Positions 1-12,971 are shown, counted from the first letter of the whole stretch. The stretch: DNA of 63,931 nt, filler included, from Sphacelaria rigidula (GCA_964200075.2; 8 parts of 8 records of this genome joined end to end with filler, not necessarily neighbours in it), one strand, 5' to 3'. Translations and numbers: made by a program. The notes: a model not told the origin generated them from the letters alone.

Positions 1-374
1 GAACATCGGGCGCTGTATGGCCATTTGTTTGGTGACACTTTTAGCTGGTTTTGGGGGGGCAGCTATCGTAGAAAGTGTCGGCATACAATAGCTACTAGTG
101 AACGTCGATCGCTGCAGTCTATTTTTGATTCCTCCGTTTCAGCGTTGGGCGCTCGGAGATAGTTTCTCTCAGTCTTCATCTTCATATCGTACTCGCCGAA
201 AGCGACCCCCATAATCACACACTTGGTGCTTCAATTTGGCACTGTTGAAATCTGTCCAGGAGGTAGCACATATGAGCAAAAGCTTCAAGGCATCACTGCG
301 TGGGAGAGCGGGGTGCTTCGAGTGCGATGGTTTGGTCAAAGAAACTGCGGGGTGATACAGATGCGAAACGCTCA

Positions 375-690
375 TGACGCAGGATGGGGAAATGGGTTGT
401 GGGAAAATATATGGGGAACTGGGATCAGAGGGAAGATGCGGACGATGGTGAAGGTGACAGAATGTGCCAAACGTGCGATGATTCTAGACGGGGAAATATC
501 TGAATGTTTTTATATTTTACAAGGGGTTGCACCAGGTTGTACGTTATCACCCCCTCTAATCGAGGCATCTATTGACGACCTGATATTAGCATTAGAAACA
601 GCAAAGCAAGGAGTGATGAAGTTGATGAAGAAGTTGAAAATAGTACAGATGGCAGCAGCTGAGAGAATACTTGGATGCAGTGAAGTTAGT
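375..690 (+). mobile_element. Degenerate, internally deleted non-LTR (LINE) reverse transcriptase fragment
   Basis: ORF 223..945 contains GLWENIWGTGIRGKM...CFYILQGVAPGCTLSPPLIEASIDDLI, which matches the LINE RT motif around QGxxLSP. It then jumps to LKIVQMAAAERILGCS, a thumb-region motif. The YADD box is missing. Confidence 0.75.
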
Positions 691-1302
691 GAAAGGTGCC
701 AGAAAATTATTTGGATGCTCAAAGCAAATGTATATGCCCCCCCCCCCCCCCCCCCCCCCCCCCCACCACCACCCCCCCCCCCCCCCCCCCACCAAAAAAA
801 ACCAAAAAAAACAAACATAAACAACAAAAAAAAAAAAAAAAAAAANNNNNNNNNAATACGTGGGGGGATGGAAGTGAGGGAAAGGGGCCAGAAAATGTTT
901 TGGGGGCTCAAAGCAAAATTTTATGCCCCCCCCCCCCCCCCCTGAAGTCTTCCCCTTTTCCCCACCCATCAGTGACTGAAACAACGTAGAGTTCTCGACA
1001 ATCTTAAATGGTGACAACTTCCGGCAATGCATTCCAACACGGTGGCAAATTTAGGGGTCAGGTGGAGTGTGGGTGTCCCTCTCCAGTTCGATCCCCCCAA
1101 TGTGGGGCGCAAACACTGCGGCTATTGAGTGTTTTAGATGGGGTGGGCTGATATGGAAGGAACTACTTACTTTCAAGACAGCCGTAAACAATATTTTCGT
1201 GGGATTGAGAGTTGAAGATCCAATTGAGAGCGACAAGTTTATCCGAACGGCGCTAACGGGGACCTTTTAAATTGTTCCACGACACTTTGGGTTGTAGTAT
1301 AA

Positions 1303-1516
1303 CTAAAGGTATTTCAAACTCGGCTCCCGGTATCTTGGTTTGTTTTGTTCTTTTTTTCACGTGAAAGTGATGCCGATTCATCAGATGATGTGACCCGTTG
1401 ACCGCCAGGTCAGGTCCTCCTATGAAACGCGATCACTTTCACTTGAAAAAATAGTACACAACTCAGAGCCAGCGAATGAACCGGGATGCCGGGAGCCGAG
1501 TTTGAGATACCTCTAG
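1303..1516. mobile_element. MITE (non-autonomous DNA transposon) with ~37-bp terminal inverted repeats
   Basis: Left end is CTAAAGGTATTTCAAACTCGGCTCCCGGTATC. Reverse complement of the right end is CTAGAGGTATCTCAAACTCGGCTCCCGGCATC. There is a second internal inverted pair, TTTTTTCACGTGAAAGTGAT / ATCACTTTCACTTGAAAAAA. Confidence 0.75.
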
Positions 1517-1860
1517 CAAGAGGCTAGTTGACCCTTGGAGCAAACCTACTCAAACTTTGAGTAGAGTACTTGTTGTTCCGTCCCCCGTCCTCCAACGAAG
1601 GCCATGACCGGTCTTGCCTGTACGGCGTGGGGAGGGTATTTTCGGCGGATGTAGAGCCAGAATCACCTTCAAGGGGCGATTCCTTCTCACTGGCACCCTT
1701 GGCCAAGGCTGTAGTGTGGTGGTCGAGTTGGGTCAACACGGTGCTCATCAGGCACACCCAACCCCCTGTTGTAGTGCAGTTGTATAATATATTACAACCT
1801 GAGTGCGGGCATATCAATGGGTACAAGCAGTATAATGTGACAACACCCTGAGTGCGGGCA

Positions 1861-2344
1861 TGTTGGGATACGGTGTGTGCGCGGATGCAGTTGGTACCAC
1901 TGTCGACAGCTGGCACGCACACCCTTAATACAAAGGAGCATGTGCCGGTGTGTAGACTGGCTTCGGCGACAAGGATGGTTAGGTCTGGTTGAGCCTCCTG
2001 GACGAGACACTACAGACCAGCACCAGAGTGCATAAGGAAGAGCAGTAGACCTGAAGAAATGTTCGTACAAAATGGTTGACAGGAATGACTACAAGATTTT
2101 ATACTCTCTCAAGTTCTGAGAAAATATATGGTTTGGGGCAGGTGAGCAGTGGAACCAGCTCGCCCAGAACGTGCTTTTGTCGAAATTGGCGTTTTAGGCG
2201 ACGATTTGAAGTCTGCCAACGCACACTTGGCGTAGGGGGATCTATGCACCCTCCTCGCCCGAGGGTCTCGTGCGTCTTGGGTCGGGATTGGGGTTAGGGC
2301 TATTGTTAGTGTTAGTTTGCAATATTTCATGATGTTTCCCATCA
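1861..2344 (+). mobile_element. Candidate 3' LTR of an LTR retrotransposon (Copia-like end)
   Basis: Begins TGTTGGGA and ends TCCCATCA, giving near-perfect TG...CA inverted termini. It is immediately preceded by the purine-rich CCTGAGTGCGGGCA (PPT-like), which is also duplicated at ~1798. No partner LTR is in the contig. Confidence 0.45.
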
Positions 2345-2377
2345 ACCATTATCCATGAACATATTTTTAGCTCCCCT

Positions 2378-2485
2378 CCCTTTGACCGCGAGGGTAGGTA
2401 GGATCACCTGCTGGATCGGCATCAATAAATACTTGAAAAGAGTATGTGTCATCCAGATGGACTACCCGCATCGCGATCGAAGGTT
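2378..2485. mobile_element. Small MITE-like dispersed repeat (related copies at ~18426-18532 and ~40870-40966)
   Basis: The copies share the core GGATCATCTGCTGAATCGG(C/T/A)A(T/C)CA and degenerate CCCTTTGACCGC...GCGGTCAAAGGG termini. The 18426 copy ends GGG|TTAA, which is piggyBac-like. Confidence 0.45.
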
Positions 2486-3271
2486 TCAAATGATTTATTT
2501 CGAATAGCTTCGCTTAATTAATATATTTACAGAATTTTGTGACAAAATAATTTGAAGTTTCCAAATTCGGAGTGCCTCCCCACAGGGTTGCTTACGTGGT
2601 GTCGAGAAAAACGCTGCACAAATGCTGGTAGAGGTACTAGGGTTGGCAAAAAATGCCGTACAGGGGTTCTCACGAAGACTCGAAGAACCGTGTGCAGCAC
2701 GTCCTGCAGGGTGCTATCTGTCCACGTGTGTCGGCCCGATCTGGTCAGATATCAGGTCGTAGCCCTCCCCCCTCCCCTTCTCCCACGGCTGCTTTATCAT
2801 TTTGCGGTGTCTTACATGTGTACATCGGCGTGCTTCTTGTTGGTTGCCGCTGGCGCTCTGGCACACTAAATTGCCGAACGTTGTTGTGGAGTCTTGTGTC
2901 CGTCCAGTACTTTTTGTGCACATACAGTAGTGGGCGGTCTAACTATTCATTTTCGAGCATTCTGTGATTTTTTCGTAATTGGCGATTTTCTTGGGCTCTT
3001 TTCGCTTGCCGCCGCTTATCACAACGGGGATCTGGAGACATCTGTATCCGCTCCACATTCCAAGAAGAAAAAACTCTCGGTACTCAATATTGAGTGACTT
3101 ACGCGCTGACCGGTCATCGGGGGTACTGCCACGTTTCAGCCCAGATTCCTACTCTTCTCTATTTTCGGTCGATCGAGCCTGTCCCAGTCATATTTGTAAA
3201 GAAATACACAGTTTTGTGTTTTCGAGGTTCCACCTACTCATTGCACTACGGCCGAAAAACTGTGTTTCACG

Positions 3272-3405
3272 GTCAATAACACCCTCCTGATGAACGGGGT
3301 TTTACTTGTTTCGCCCGATAACACCAACTAACACTGACTTGTGCACTGTTTTTCGAGGATGATCGGCTTTGTTGTACCAAAGTCTACCGACGCTAGCATT
3401 TCGAG
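3272..3405 (+). repeat. Dispersed repeat family (other copies ~19318-19445, ~19640-19840, and inverted ~31825-31918)
   Basis: Shared blocks GTCAATAACACCCTC...ACGGGGT...AACACCAACT...CGCTAGCA(C)TTTC occur in contigs 1 and 3. The contig-4 copy matches the distal part of the 19640 copy in reverse (AGCACTTTCAAGTAGTA). Confidence 0.65.
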
Positions 3406-5208
3406 TCCTATCGAAGAGTCGTACGCGAGGAAAACCCCAAAACACCCCAAAATAGTTAGGCCGCCCAATACTGTAATAGCGATAACATTGTACACGGACG
3501 GACCACCTCCCCTTTGCTGCGTTGTAGCACCTTACTGATTTTGGTACCGTGTCCCTTTGTTTTGAGTTCGCCTTCTCAGTGATTGCGTTTCTAGAACTCG
3601 CAGTCACATTTTTTGTCGCTGTTGCATTTCTCTCCGTGTCGGCTATTGACTTCTGTCGCTCAAGATCAGCTCGCCATGTGGATTCCTCCCATCACGGACA
3701 CATGAACTTCAGCAGCTTAACTCATTCATGTATTAACCTTTAGCATATACAGGAGAACAGGACCATACCCTCTCTCCACCAGAGTAGCAAAGCCAAGCCT
3801 ACTCGTCATAGAGGTCACCTATCACAGAGTCTGGCAACCAGATCCGCAACCCCACCTACACAATGTCCCTAACCTTAGGTCGCAATGGTGGCTAGAGTCT
3901 ATAACACCCTCAAAGCTCTCTACTGCCAACAAGTAGTTACATAAGAGCGTGACAAACTCAGACATTATTGGTGCCTGATAGTGCCGTCGTTTTCCGCACA
4001 GAATAGCAAGCTCTTCCGCTGCTTTCGACAACAGCTTTATGCAAGCTTGCCCCACTTCCGAACGACTCGCAAGAGATCCCGAGAAAATATCGCCCATCAT
4101 GAACATGCAATCACGCTACTTGCACCACTTCGAGTTACAAAGCGATAGCTAGCGCCAAATTCTCAAATCTTCGCCCAAAACAAGTCTCTTGACTCTTCAT
4201 CGGGACGAGATCGGAAACGTCAGCGAACGTCAAATTCCAGACCATTCGCGACTCATCGTCCCTCTCATCCGAGTCAAGGTTTTTCTCAACAGACAATATG
4301 CACTCTTTGTACGTTCAACATCTGCACAACGGAGTGCAACAGCCAAATGATACATAATCCTCACGCTAGAAGGAAATAAGCACTTAACACGTATAAAACG
4401 CACCTGGCCTCTTGCTTCTGCAACACCATAAAAACGTATGCATCGCATGCCTCCCCGCCGTCAAAGCTTCAATACTTCAACTTGCCATCATTTCATGAAG
4501 ACAATCAAAGGAAAGCCACGACTCAACCCGCTATTCAAGTCATGCATACTAAACCAACGACGGCGAACGGACCTCGACTTCCGCCATCATTGATCACCTC
4601 TCGTGATCTCGTTATCGAACTCTTTTTTTCGAGCAAATCCCAGATATATATACATATATATATATATATATCGTTTGGATCTTGGACCGTCATATCCCAT
4701 CAGTGCATCCGCCAAAATGTAGAAATAATTAATTCCTCGACACTCTTGCAGCCCACCTACACCAGTTCTTTGAACAAATGGACGCATCATCCACATGCTC
4801 CTTCTGACATGAACTAAAACCAACCACATGCTCGTTCAAACACGTGACAATCCAGACAGAAACGTGCCACAGTCAAAGGTCATTGATGCATGCGCGCATA
4901 GCGCTTTATCTTCAACCACCGGAAGCACTCGCGTCATATCTGCTCACATACGACGAGCCTACGCATTTCGTATCTTTCAGCTCATTTTCACGCTAACAGC
5001 AGGTGTCACCGTCTCCTACAGTCAGTACGAGCCCACGCATTTCGTAGTTTTTGCTCATTTTGACGCTAACAGTAGCAATCCATGTATCCTGCAGTCAGCG
5101 CGTGCAAACCGCACAATTATGATCCGACTGTGTTCCTGCGCGAACAAGATTATACGAGCTTCTCTTCATTCAGCATACAGAAGTATATTGAAAACTGCCC
5201 CAGACAAA

Positions 5209-5445
5209 TGCCGAGATAGCCCCCCCACAAAAAGTGCACGGGAGACCGTCCGACAAACCGGCTGCGGTCCCACTATTGCGCTCATTTGCAGCAATGCCGC
5301 CCACATGAAAGGCTTGTAGCAGTCCGAAATCAGCTATAACGCCCAAATAAGTCGCGTCGTGGAACACGAAGCCAGCTCTAACGGCATTTCTGAGCATCGC
5401 CTCCGTGCCCGTTTTTGGCCGGTTTGGGGGGGGGCTATCTCGGCA
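5209..5445. mobile_element. MITE with TGCCGAGATAGCCCCCCC terminal inverted repeats
   Basis: 5' end is TGCCGAGATAGCCCCCCCACAAA and 3' end is TTTGGGGGGGGGCTATCTCGGCA. A homologous 5' half lies at 55783-55928, and a possible right-end remnant at ~48-83. Confidence 0.8.
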
Positions 5446-5896
5446 GCAGTCCCCACCCTAGGTCGTCACCAGATACCATTCATATCAGTCCCATTGGAGC
5501 AAAATATCGCAGATACCTGCCAAAATTCCACTCAGCATATGAAAATCGCACATGCATGTCAATATTTCACTCAGCACATGCAATGCCACCTTCCTCGCAG
5601 CAAACACCATGCATCGTCTGTGCCAACCAGATCAGCACAACACACACATGCCAAATATCAACGTGTACGCCAGAGTTTTACCCTGTACACGCGATACGAT
5701 CATACTCGCTCAACAACCATGTTTCATGCGCAAACATGACCACAAACCACACTATTAAAAACTACAATCATTCTCAAAACGGTTCGCGAACACCAGTCAC
5801 AATGTGTTTCCTCATTCTCAACAAGCACTCAATCACCTCAGCACTTGCTCCTCAACATCAGCACCCAACTCGGCGCTCACCACATCTGCAAACACC

Positions 5897-7847
5897 TCAG
5901 GCAATGCCTTCTTTGTAGTCCTCCAGCCCGCTCCTGAGAAACAGCAAGACTCGAACCACAACCCCGTGCACAGCGTGGAGCAGCGTTTCCACTCGAACAC
6001 TCGCTCCTCGCGCCATCAGTCCAGCAACAGCTCCAAACTTCGTGGAGCCGCTCAGCTCGCCACTAAAGGGTATATCCGCACCGCCGAACCAATGCGACAA
6101 GCCATCTGCCTCCACAGATACTTGGGCGGTACTGAGCACCTGTCCTTCAGTCAGTTTTACAGAGAAAACCAGACGCGAAACGGGAACAGCTACACAGTTC
6201 CGAACAGCAACACCTCCTGATGATACACTATCCTCTTCAAACACCCCGCGGCGCAACAGTGGAGACACCTCCGCCATCGCCGCCAAATACGGCAAAGCTG
6301 TCCATAAAAACAGCAGTGCACACAACCACTCCAACACCACACGACGCTCGTCGTCGCCGTCAGAATTGTAATTGCTAACAGCATCACGAGCTTGCAGCTC
6401 GCTCTGCGTACCCGCTTCACGCGGGTCACACGCCCCTGTTGTTTCGATCATGCAAGGCGTGTCCACAGCTACGCGCTGCTCCGGCGGCAATTCCGCCAAC
6501 CCGGCATCCACCTGTCCTTCAAGCAGACACCCCTGCGAATCATGTTAACGATCTCCCACCATGTCACTGGCGCAGATAGATTCACCATGAGCACGGCAAG
6601 CTCCTTGCTCACCCTCCTTGTTCGCAATACGCGAATAACACCCACCTGCAGATTCGAGCATGCAAGGAGTATCTCCAGCTTCGCGCTGGTCCGGCGGCAA
6701 CAGGCAACTGGGACCTCCGCCCACCAGTGCTTGCTCATTGGCCTATGTAGGCCTCGCCCTGTCAACGTCGCCAACAGCAGCAGTGTCACCCATACTCGCT
6801 ACAGCCGCCACCTCCTGCTCAGCGCACTCCTGAACTGCAACAACGGCAGCTGAGCTGCCTGCAGTCTGCTGGAGCTGCGTGACATATTCGCCCTCTCCAG
6901 CAGCAATACCAGCAGCATTCAAACCAATGCTTACCGTCGTACTGTCGGCGGACGCGCTGTCATGCCTACCCCTTTTGATAGACACGTGCTGCGTCTCCTT
7001 CCCGCTCTGCACAGTAGAAACAGCTGCCCTGTATCGTGGTTTAAGACGCACCCTACCGACTGCACGTTCAGCGGGTGCACTATCGCGCCTATCACCTCGG
7101 GCAGACATATATATTATGCTTCTCGGCTTTCACAGTGCAAGCATCTGCCCTGTATCGTTGTTCCAAACGCGCCCTACCTACTGCACGTTCGGCAGGTGCA
7201 CTGTCGTGCCTGTCCCCTCGGGCAGACAAATGTTTCTCGGCTGTCACAGGGCAAGCAGCTGCCCTGTATCGTGGTTTAAGGCGCGCCCTACCGACTGCAC
7301 GTTCAGCGGGTGCACTATCGCGCCTATCACCTCGGGCAGACATATGCTTCTCGGCTTTTACAGTGCAAGCATCTACTGTATCGTGTTTCAAACGCGCCCT
7401 ACCTACTGCACGTTCGGCGGGTGCACTGTCGTGCCTGTCCCCTCGGGCAGACAAATGTTTCTCGGCTGTCACAGGGCAAGCAGCTGCCCTGTATCGTTGT
7501 TCCAAACGTGGACCACCTACTGCACGTTCGGTGGGTGCACTGTCGTGCCTGCCCCCTCGGGCAGACACATGCTTCTCGGCTTTCACAGTGCAATGCGCCC
7601 CACCGGACGGGGCATACTTGCGCAACGCGAAAAGCAACTGCTCGTCCTCAACATCATAATCATGTTCCAAGAACGTGTCACACAGACATTTCGCAATATG
7701 TTTCGGCATGAGCTCAGAAACTGCTGCCACCTCAAAGAGGTTTGTCCACCGCGCGTTCACCTGATCTACATCTAGCAAACATTGCTCGTATTTGCGCGAA
7801 AACTCGGCCGATTTCCCGCTCGAAAACTTGCGGCCGTAGTACGGCAT
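5897..7847 (-). mobile_element. Degenerate Gag-like ORF region of a probable retrotransposon, containing a tandem peptide repeat
   Basis: A chain of minus-strand ORFs (7092..7847, 6743..7108, 6469..6789, 5897..6511) is broken by frameshifts and lacks clear introns. The N-terminus MPYYGRKFSSGKSAEFSRKYEQCLLDVDQVN... is followed by low-complexity repeats. The Gag identity is inference only. Confidence 0.35.
7021..7593. repeat. Tandem array of five ~114-bp (38-codon) units with A/B alternation
   Basis: Units start at 7021, 7142, 7256, 7370 and 7481 (CA(G/T)CTGCCCTGTATCGT...CTGCACGTTC...CCTCGGGCAGACA...CTCGGCT..CACAG.GCAAG). The minus-strand peptide is AEKH(L/M/V)SARGDR(H/R)DSAPAERAVGRARL..RYRAAAC.V. 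Confidence 0.95.
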
Positions 7848-7905
7848 CTAACAACAAATTGTGCGAATTGAGGTTTAACTTCGAGATGAGGCTCAAGCCC
7901 AAAAC

Positions 7906-8005
7906 NNNNNNNNNNNNNNNNNNNNNNNNNNNNNNNNNNNNNNNNNNNNTTAATTAATTAANNNNNNNNNNNNNNNNNNNNNNNNNNNNNNNNNNNNNNN
8001 NNNNN
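7906..8005. other. Artificial contig linker (N44-TTAATTAATTAA-N44)
   Basis: The identical 100-bp spacer recurs at 15911-16010, 23915-24014, 31919-32018, 39923-40022, 47926-48025 and 55929-56028. It carries stops in all six frames. Confidence 0.99.
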
Positions 8006-8508
8006 CCCCCCCCCCCCCCCACCTCGAGTTTTAATCAGCGAATAGATTCGTTGCGACACCTGGGGCATTGCCATCTTGTTACCACGACCGTAGATCAATT
8101 GATCTTCAACAAATACCTTCTTTAATCAACCAAGCATCATGCTCCAACGAGCCAACATGTCAACACCCATCATCCATATCCCTCCCTTCTGTTGCCCCTA
8201 TATCTCTCGTTCGTTACGGGTAGTTAGCTCCCTCTAACGTATCCAGCACCGTACATGAACGAAAAAGTCTACTGCCACACTTTGAACTTCAAAAAGTAAC
8301 ATCTACTGAAAAGGCACGTGACTCCCCTCCCCCTGTTCCCTCTGTTCCCTCCCGCCGGACAATGCATACACGTCTACTACGACGCACTGTGCAATGAAAA
8401 CACACACACAAACACATATACACATACGCACGAAAAAACTTGTCCAAAAATTGTTGTAGCGAGATTTTTCTGGCCGGGGATCTTGGCGAATGCCTCTCTC
8501 ACACACAG

Positions 8509-11500
8509 GAGGCGTGTTTCGGCGGCAACAGCAACAGCGGCAGCGCCGACGGCGGTGTGAGCGGAGGCCGCAGCACTGCTTCGTTCCGTCTCGGAAGTCC
8601 AGCGGGAGAGGACTTCCGGTTGGAGGGCCACTACCCATGCTGCGGACAAAAGGCGTACCGGTCAGTCTCGTCAGCAGAAAAGTTGATACAAACGACGCGA
8701 CCAAGGGCCTACCCGACAGTCTCATCAGAGCACATAATTCGACAACAACGACCGTAATTCGGTGAAATGTTTCAAAGCCAATAACGACAGCAGTGCAAAC
8801 AAGTATACCAACAATATTGGATACAGATCATCCCTTACGGCCATCGCGCGTGTACCCCACTTTGATGTCCCGAAGCATTTGAGTCTGTTCCCATCTCGTG
8901 ATTCATGCCATCCCCTATGATGTGGCGGTTAATAACAACGAGAAAGCAGTGCCCACTTCGCTGCATATTTCACCCTGGGATTAAAAAACAAATGCTAGGT
9001 CTTTTCCCGTTGTTTGACCGTCGCATACGCTGCGGGAGTGAGTGCAGTTTGTTTTTAGTTTGTACTGTAGATCTGTGCCGATGATGTGAACTCTGTGATG
9101 GCTTCGGCCACTGCCTCGTGATCAACTTCCTCGCGTCAAAAAGGATGGGAATTTCATTGGCATCCTGCCGCATCGCTCAGTACGCACCGTACTGTGCCAG
9201 ATGATCAACCGCACCGCACTTCCATAACCACAGGAGCCCGAGGGCATCGACTCACAAGTTGGATAACATCATGCACTGCCGTTGCTTGCAGATTCAATCT
9301 GGAGCCCCCTCCGCTGGGCTGCACGACGGGGGACCACACAACGTCGGAGGCAAACGAGGACCCGTTAGTGCTCAGAGTGCTCAGGCTTCAGAGGCACAAC
9401 ATTACCTACCAGGTGAGCGGAGCACTTGTCGTGATCGATGCGAACGAGACGACGGAGTGGCAGTTCTCGTGGAAATGCAGTAGCAGGTCGCGCTGCACGT
9501 GCCAACGTGTGTAATAGAGTATGCATCAAAGAGCAAATGGACGCGTTTTAATCTATGTCGCTGCGAGCCCTCTTCTTCCAGCAGTAGTTTCGCTGGTAGT
9601 CCCATGGGTGAAGAGAAGGTGGGGGTATCTTTCGATGGCATGGGGGGGGGGGTTCTCATGATCTCGCATCTCGCATGGCGTAGTCATTTGACATAGGTCC
9701 CGGCTTTGCAGGGATAGCCATGCCGGGAATTCGCCGGACCAGGCTCGCAATCAATCACCAAGCGTGAAGCGCCGTGATGTGTACGGCGGGTCGCATGAAG
9801 GTTGAGCTGCATCCTGCTAAGATTGTTCGGTCCGGAGCATACTGATTATCTTGCATTCGGATGACAGCCTACAATGAGTTGCTCAAGGAGGTGGGGGGGG
9901 CATGCTTCGGGGACCGTGGAACAGCCAACGAAGCAAACGGAGTAAATTGTAGACCAATCATGAGATGCATGATGGTGCCGTTTTGTGAGTAAAAAACACA
10001 CAGACTTTCACATTTATCCCCCCCTCTTGCTTGTCGAGGGACCGCAGGCAGCAGGGTACTGATTGTATAATAGTAAGTCAGACACGAAAGTAGCGTAGAC
10101 TATGTGTAGTTTGAGCGATGACCGAGGTGCTGTGTCTTTGTGTGTAGCCAGTAATGAAGAAAAAGGGCTGAACCGACTACAGAGTAGTGCGCCGTGCTGT
10201 GTACTGTGTACTGACTGTGCTGAAGGGAGCAAACGCCTTGTGCGATGCACCCCCAGAATATGCTCAAGGTGTGCGAAGCACTACCTCCAAAACTACCCAG
10301 GGTTGGTTCGACGTAGTCAGAGAGTGCTTGTTGGCGCACTTTGCTGCAGTACGATTGCGGTAGCCCAGTGGACGTCACTTGCCGTACATGAAGATGATGT
10401 GCACACCGCTCTGACTCGAAATACGGCTACATTATTTTTCTTACACTGCTTCATACATTTGCAAGAACATTGGTTCCTCATGCAATGAGCATGTTGCGTC
10501 TCAGCATCTTCGGCCCAACAATGAACAATGTCAGCATCTATCCATCTCAGCGCCCTCGCAGAGAGGACAGCTAACGATTGCCCGCAGAGAGCGAACGGCG
10601 AATGTGCACTCAGAAGCACTGGGGAATAAACGCAGGGATTTATCTTAACAGGCAACGGCGGACGGGTGCGCCTCTTTTTCTCACAGGACTGGAGAGCGGC
10701 CGTGGAAGAAGAGACTCAAGCGGCGGTCGAGAGCGTCGTGGGCAATTTAGAAGGCACCAACGGCATCACCACCAAGACCATCAATACCAATATGAACAAA
10801 ACCCCAAGGCAATTCTGCTCGACTACGACCGTGCCCACCGCCGCCAATGAACTACCCGCCGGCTCGTCGACACAAATACTCCAGCACATCCACCATTACC
10901 CGCATCACGGCGGTACTGGTGGTTCCGGTGACGCCTCGACAACCTCTGGGGGTACGCAGGGCGAAGACAGGGGGATAATGGGCGGCGGTGGCGGCAGCGG
11001 CGGCTGCGGTGAAAGCGGCGGATTAGTCGATATCACCACAAGCGAGGCGTGTGCGTCTAGTGCCGTAGGTATCGACAACACCCACCGACAGCGCAACGAC
11101 ATTGCCGATGTAACGTCCCCAGGGCAGGATGGGGGGGGAGAGGGAGGAGGGGCAAGAGGGGCAAGAGGAAAAGGGGCGCACGAAGAAGCGGCTGTTGCCG
11201 ACAGGGCGACGGGCGACCGTGATGGAAATGGTGACACTACTATGGCAGGAACACAAATGGAACAAAAAGGGGTAAAGGAGCGGACTCGCGGCGGCGGTAG
11301 TGGCGGCGGGTGTGGTGTTATTGCGGCGGCGGCGGCACCGGCGGGTGGGCAGTTCCACCCTGCTATTGCATCGCTCGGATACTTCAGACGGATCTGGGAG
11401 TTGCAGGCGTCGGAGGCATTGTCGGCAAGGGAGCGGGGACTGTTGCCGAATGAACATCCGGTGCAGATTGCCCCTGAGGTAAAGTGCAGGGCAATGTCCC

Positions 11501-12447
11501 GGTCGCTGTAGCCGCGCGATTCGCTCGGTTGCATGATCCTGGGGTGTTGGCAGTGTACGTCAATACAGTGGTCATTTGGTGGGTATTGTTGCTGGGTGGG
11601 TCGGTGTGTTTGACGGTAGGTTTGTGAGTAACGATACATGATAGTACTTGGAAATTGATGCTTGACTATTGATCGTGCAGAGAGGAATCAGAGACAGAAG
11701 GGTGATAGGTGGCTCTGAAGTCGACTGATTGTGTGGTTTCAGTCCCCTCGTTCGCTGTAGCTTACTTCGTTCGATGTTTGTTGTTTCGGGCTGAGGTTGA
11801 AGGCGACGCTACTGGACAGTTTTGCGGTAGATGCTGCTTTGTGCCCTTGGGAATCGCATGTTGGTGCATTGTACACAAAGCACGCAGCGCCAAGTTTACC
11901 GCTTATCCGGATATGTGCTGCACGCCTCTCATAGTGTTTTTCGACACAGCACCGAGTCCCGCGTCCCTCCCCCTACCCCCTGGCGCACACCCCGTCTACA
12001 CAGGAGTGTAGGGTGGAGTGGGATCTCGCGCGTATGAGCGAGTCTCGCAACAATGCTACATTGGCCTCTGAGGGTGCGTTACGCAGGTGGCAAACAGACA
12101 CGCTGAGAGAAAATGACGGACAGCGGATGGCGCAACTTTGCGAGGAGTTACGCCGTAAGCGTGGAGGAGAGAGCATGGGGTCCAGTGGCAACAACAACAG
12201 CAGCAGCAGCAACAACGGCAGTAGCAACAACAATAACGTCGACCGTATCAACGCGAAAGATGGAGGCGGAGGCGGTAGTGGTAGGTCTTTGCCGATCGAT
12301 ACCAAGCGAGCCAGCGCTTGGGAATGGGGACGAGGTCTAGTAGAAGGATTGGGCGGTGGTGCGGTGGCGGCGGCACGTGGGGGCAGCAGCGGCGGCAGGC
12401 GAATTTCTGTCTCTTCCGGGGGAGACGGGCGTCGACGAGGGGTGTAA
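8509..12447 (+). CDS. SANBR: SANBR/KIAA1841 (DUF3342-family)-like protein, 3' part, spliced
   Basis: Exons 8509-8660, 9292-9412, 10687-11478 and 12004-12447 (TAA) all have AG/GT boundaries with consistent phases. The joined peptide has GHYPCCGQKAYRFNLEPPPLGCTTGDH (cf. KIAA1841 G.YPCC.Q...RF......GC...DH). Its C-terminal RRWQTDTLRENDGQRMAQLCEEL resembles R.NQD.QRE.D..RM. Family assignment is from recalled motifs. Confidence 0.75.
9642..9885 (-). mobile_element. 5'-truncated non-LTR element, family B, in an intron of the SANBR-like gene
   Basis: It shares GCCGGACCAGGCTCGCAATCA..AAGCG.GAAGCGCCGTGATGTG..CGCATGAAGG.TGAGCTGCATCCTGCTAAGATTG with copies at 23140, 23765, 57102 and 59234-60490. It ends in a G-run on + (C-run on the element strand). 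Confidence 0.75.
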
Positions 12448-12971
12448 ACATGCGATTTTGGAGGACGGGGGCACCGACGGGTACTAGAGATAGCTTGTAC
12501 TGTAGTCTTTCGAACATTGACCTCGCACTGCTATAATACAGAGGTGGAGTAGTGTGCTTGACATTCGGCGGCTCGAGCTGTAGCCGGGCTACAGCAAACA
12601 AGGATGGTATTTGAATACTCCCGCTCTTGCCTCTCTACTCCAGACACGGATCAAGAAGTTCGGGAGGTAGGGGATATGTGCTTATTTTCGTCAGCACAAT
12701 CCAAATTATAATGTCGAGATATATTGCTTGTATCCACCACGGTGACGTTTTTACGAAGAGTCTGTGAAAGAGTACGCATGCACACCATAGCTCAGCATAG
12801 AATACCATCCAAGGGGGATTATTGTGGCGATTCGGAAGCAAATATGTATATGGCACAGCGTATCAGGTGCGCAAGATGAGCGCAACACCATGCGCCTCCG
12901 CTAAAGATATATTGTGAAACGCGGTGACATCTCCACAAGAGATACCGGAGAATTTACTATGGATGTTGTGT

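Noticed and set aside
683-945. Poly-Pro/poly-Gly/poly-Lys ORFs and a duplicated ~55-bp segment either side of a 10-N gap
   Set aside because: Low-quality read tails after a poly-C run. The segment after the gap is a noisy copy of the one before it, so this is an assembly artefact.
7021-7593. Possible CRISPR-like array
   Set aside because: Units are contiguous 114-bp tandem repeats without unique spacers. There are no cas genes and the context is eukaryotic.
7950-7961. TTAATTAATTAA motif recurring every ~8 kb
   Set aside because: Synthetic linker, not biological periodicity.
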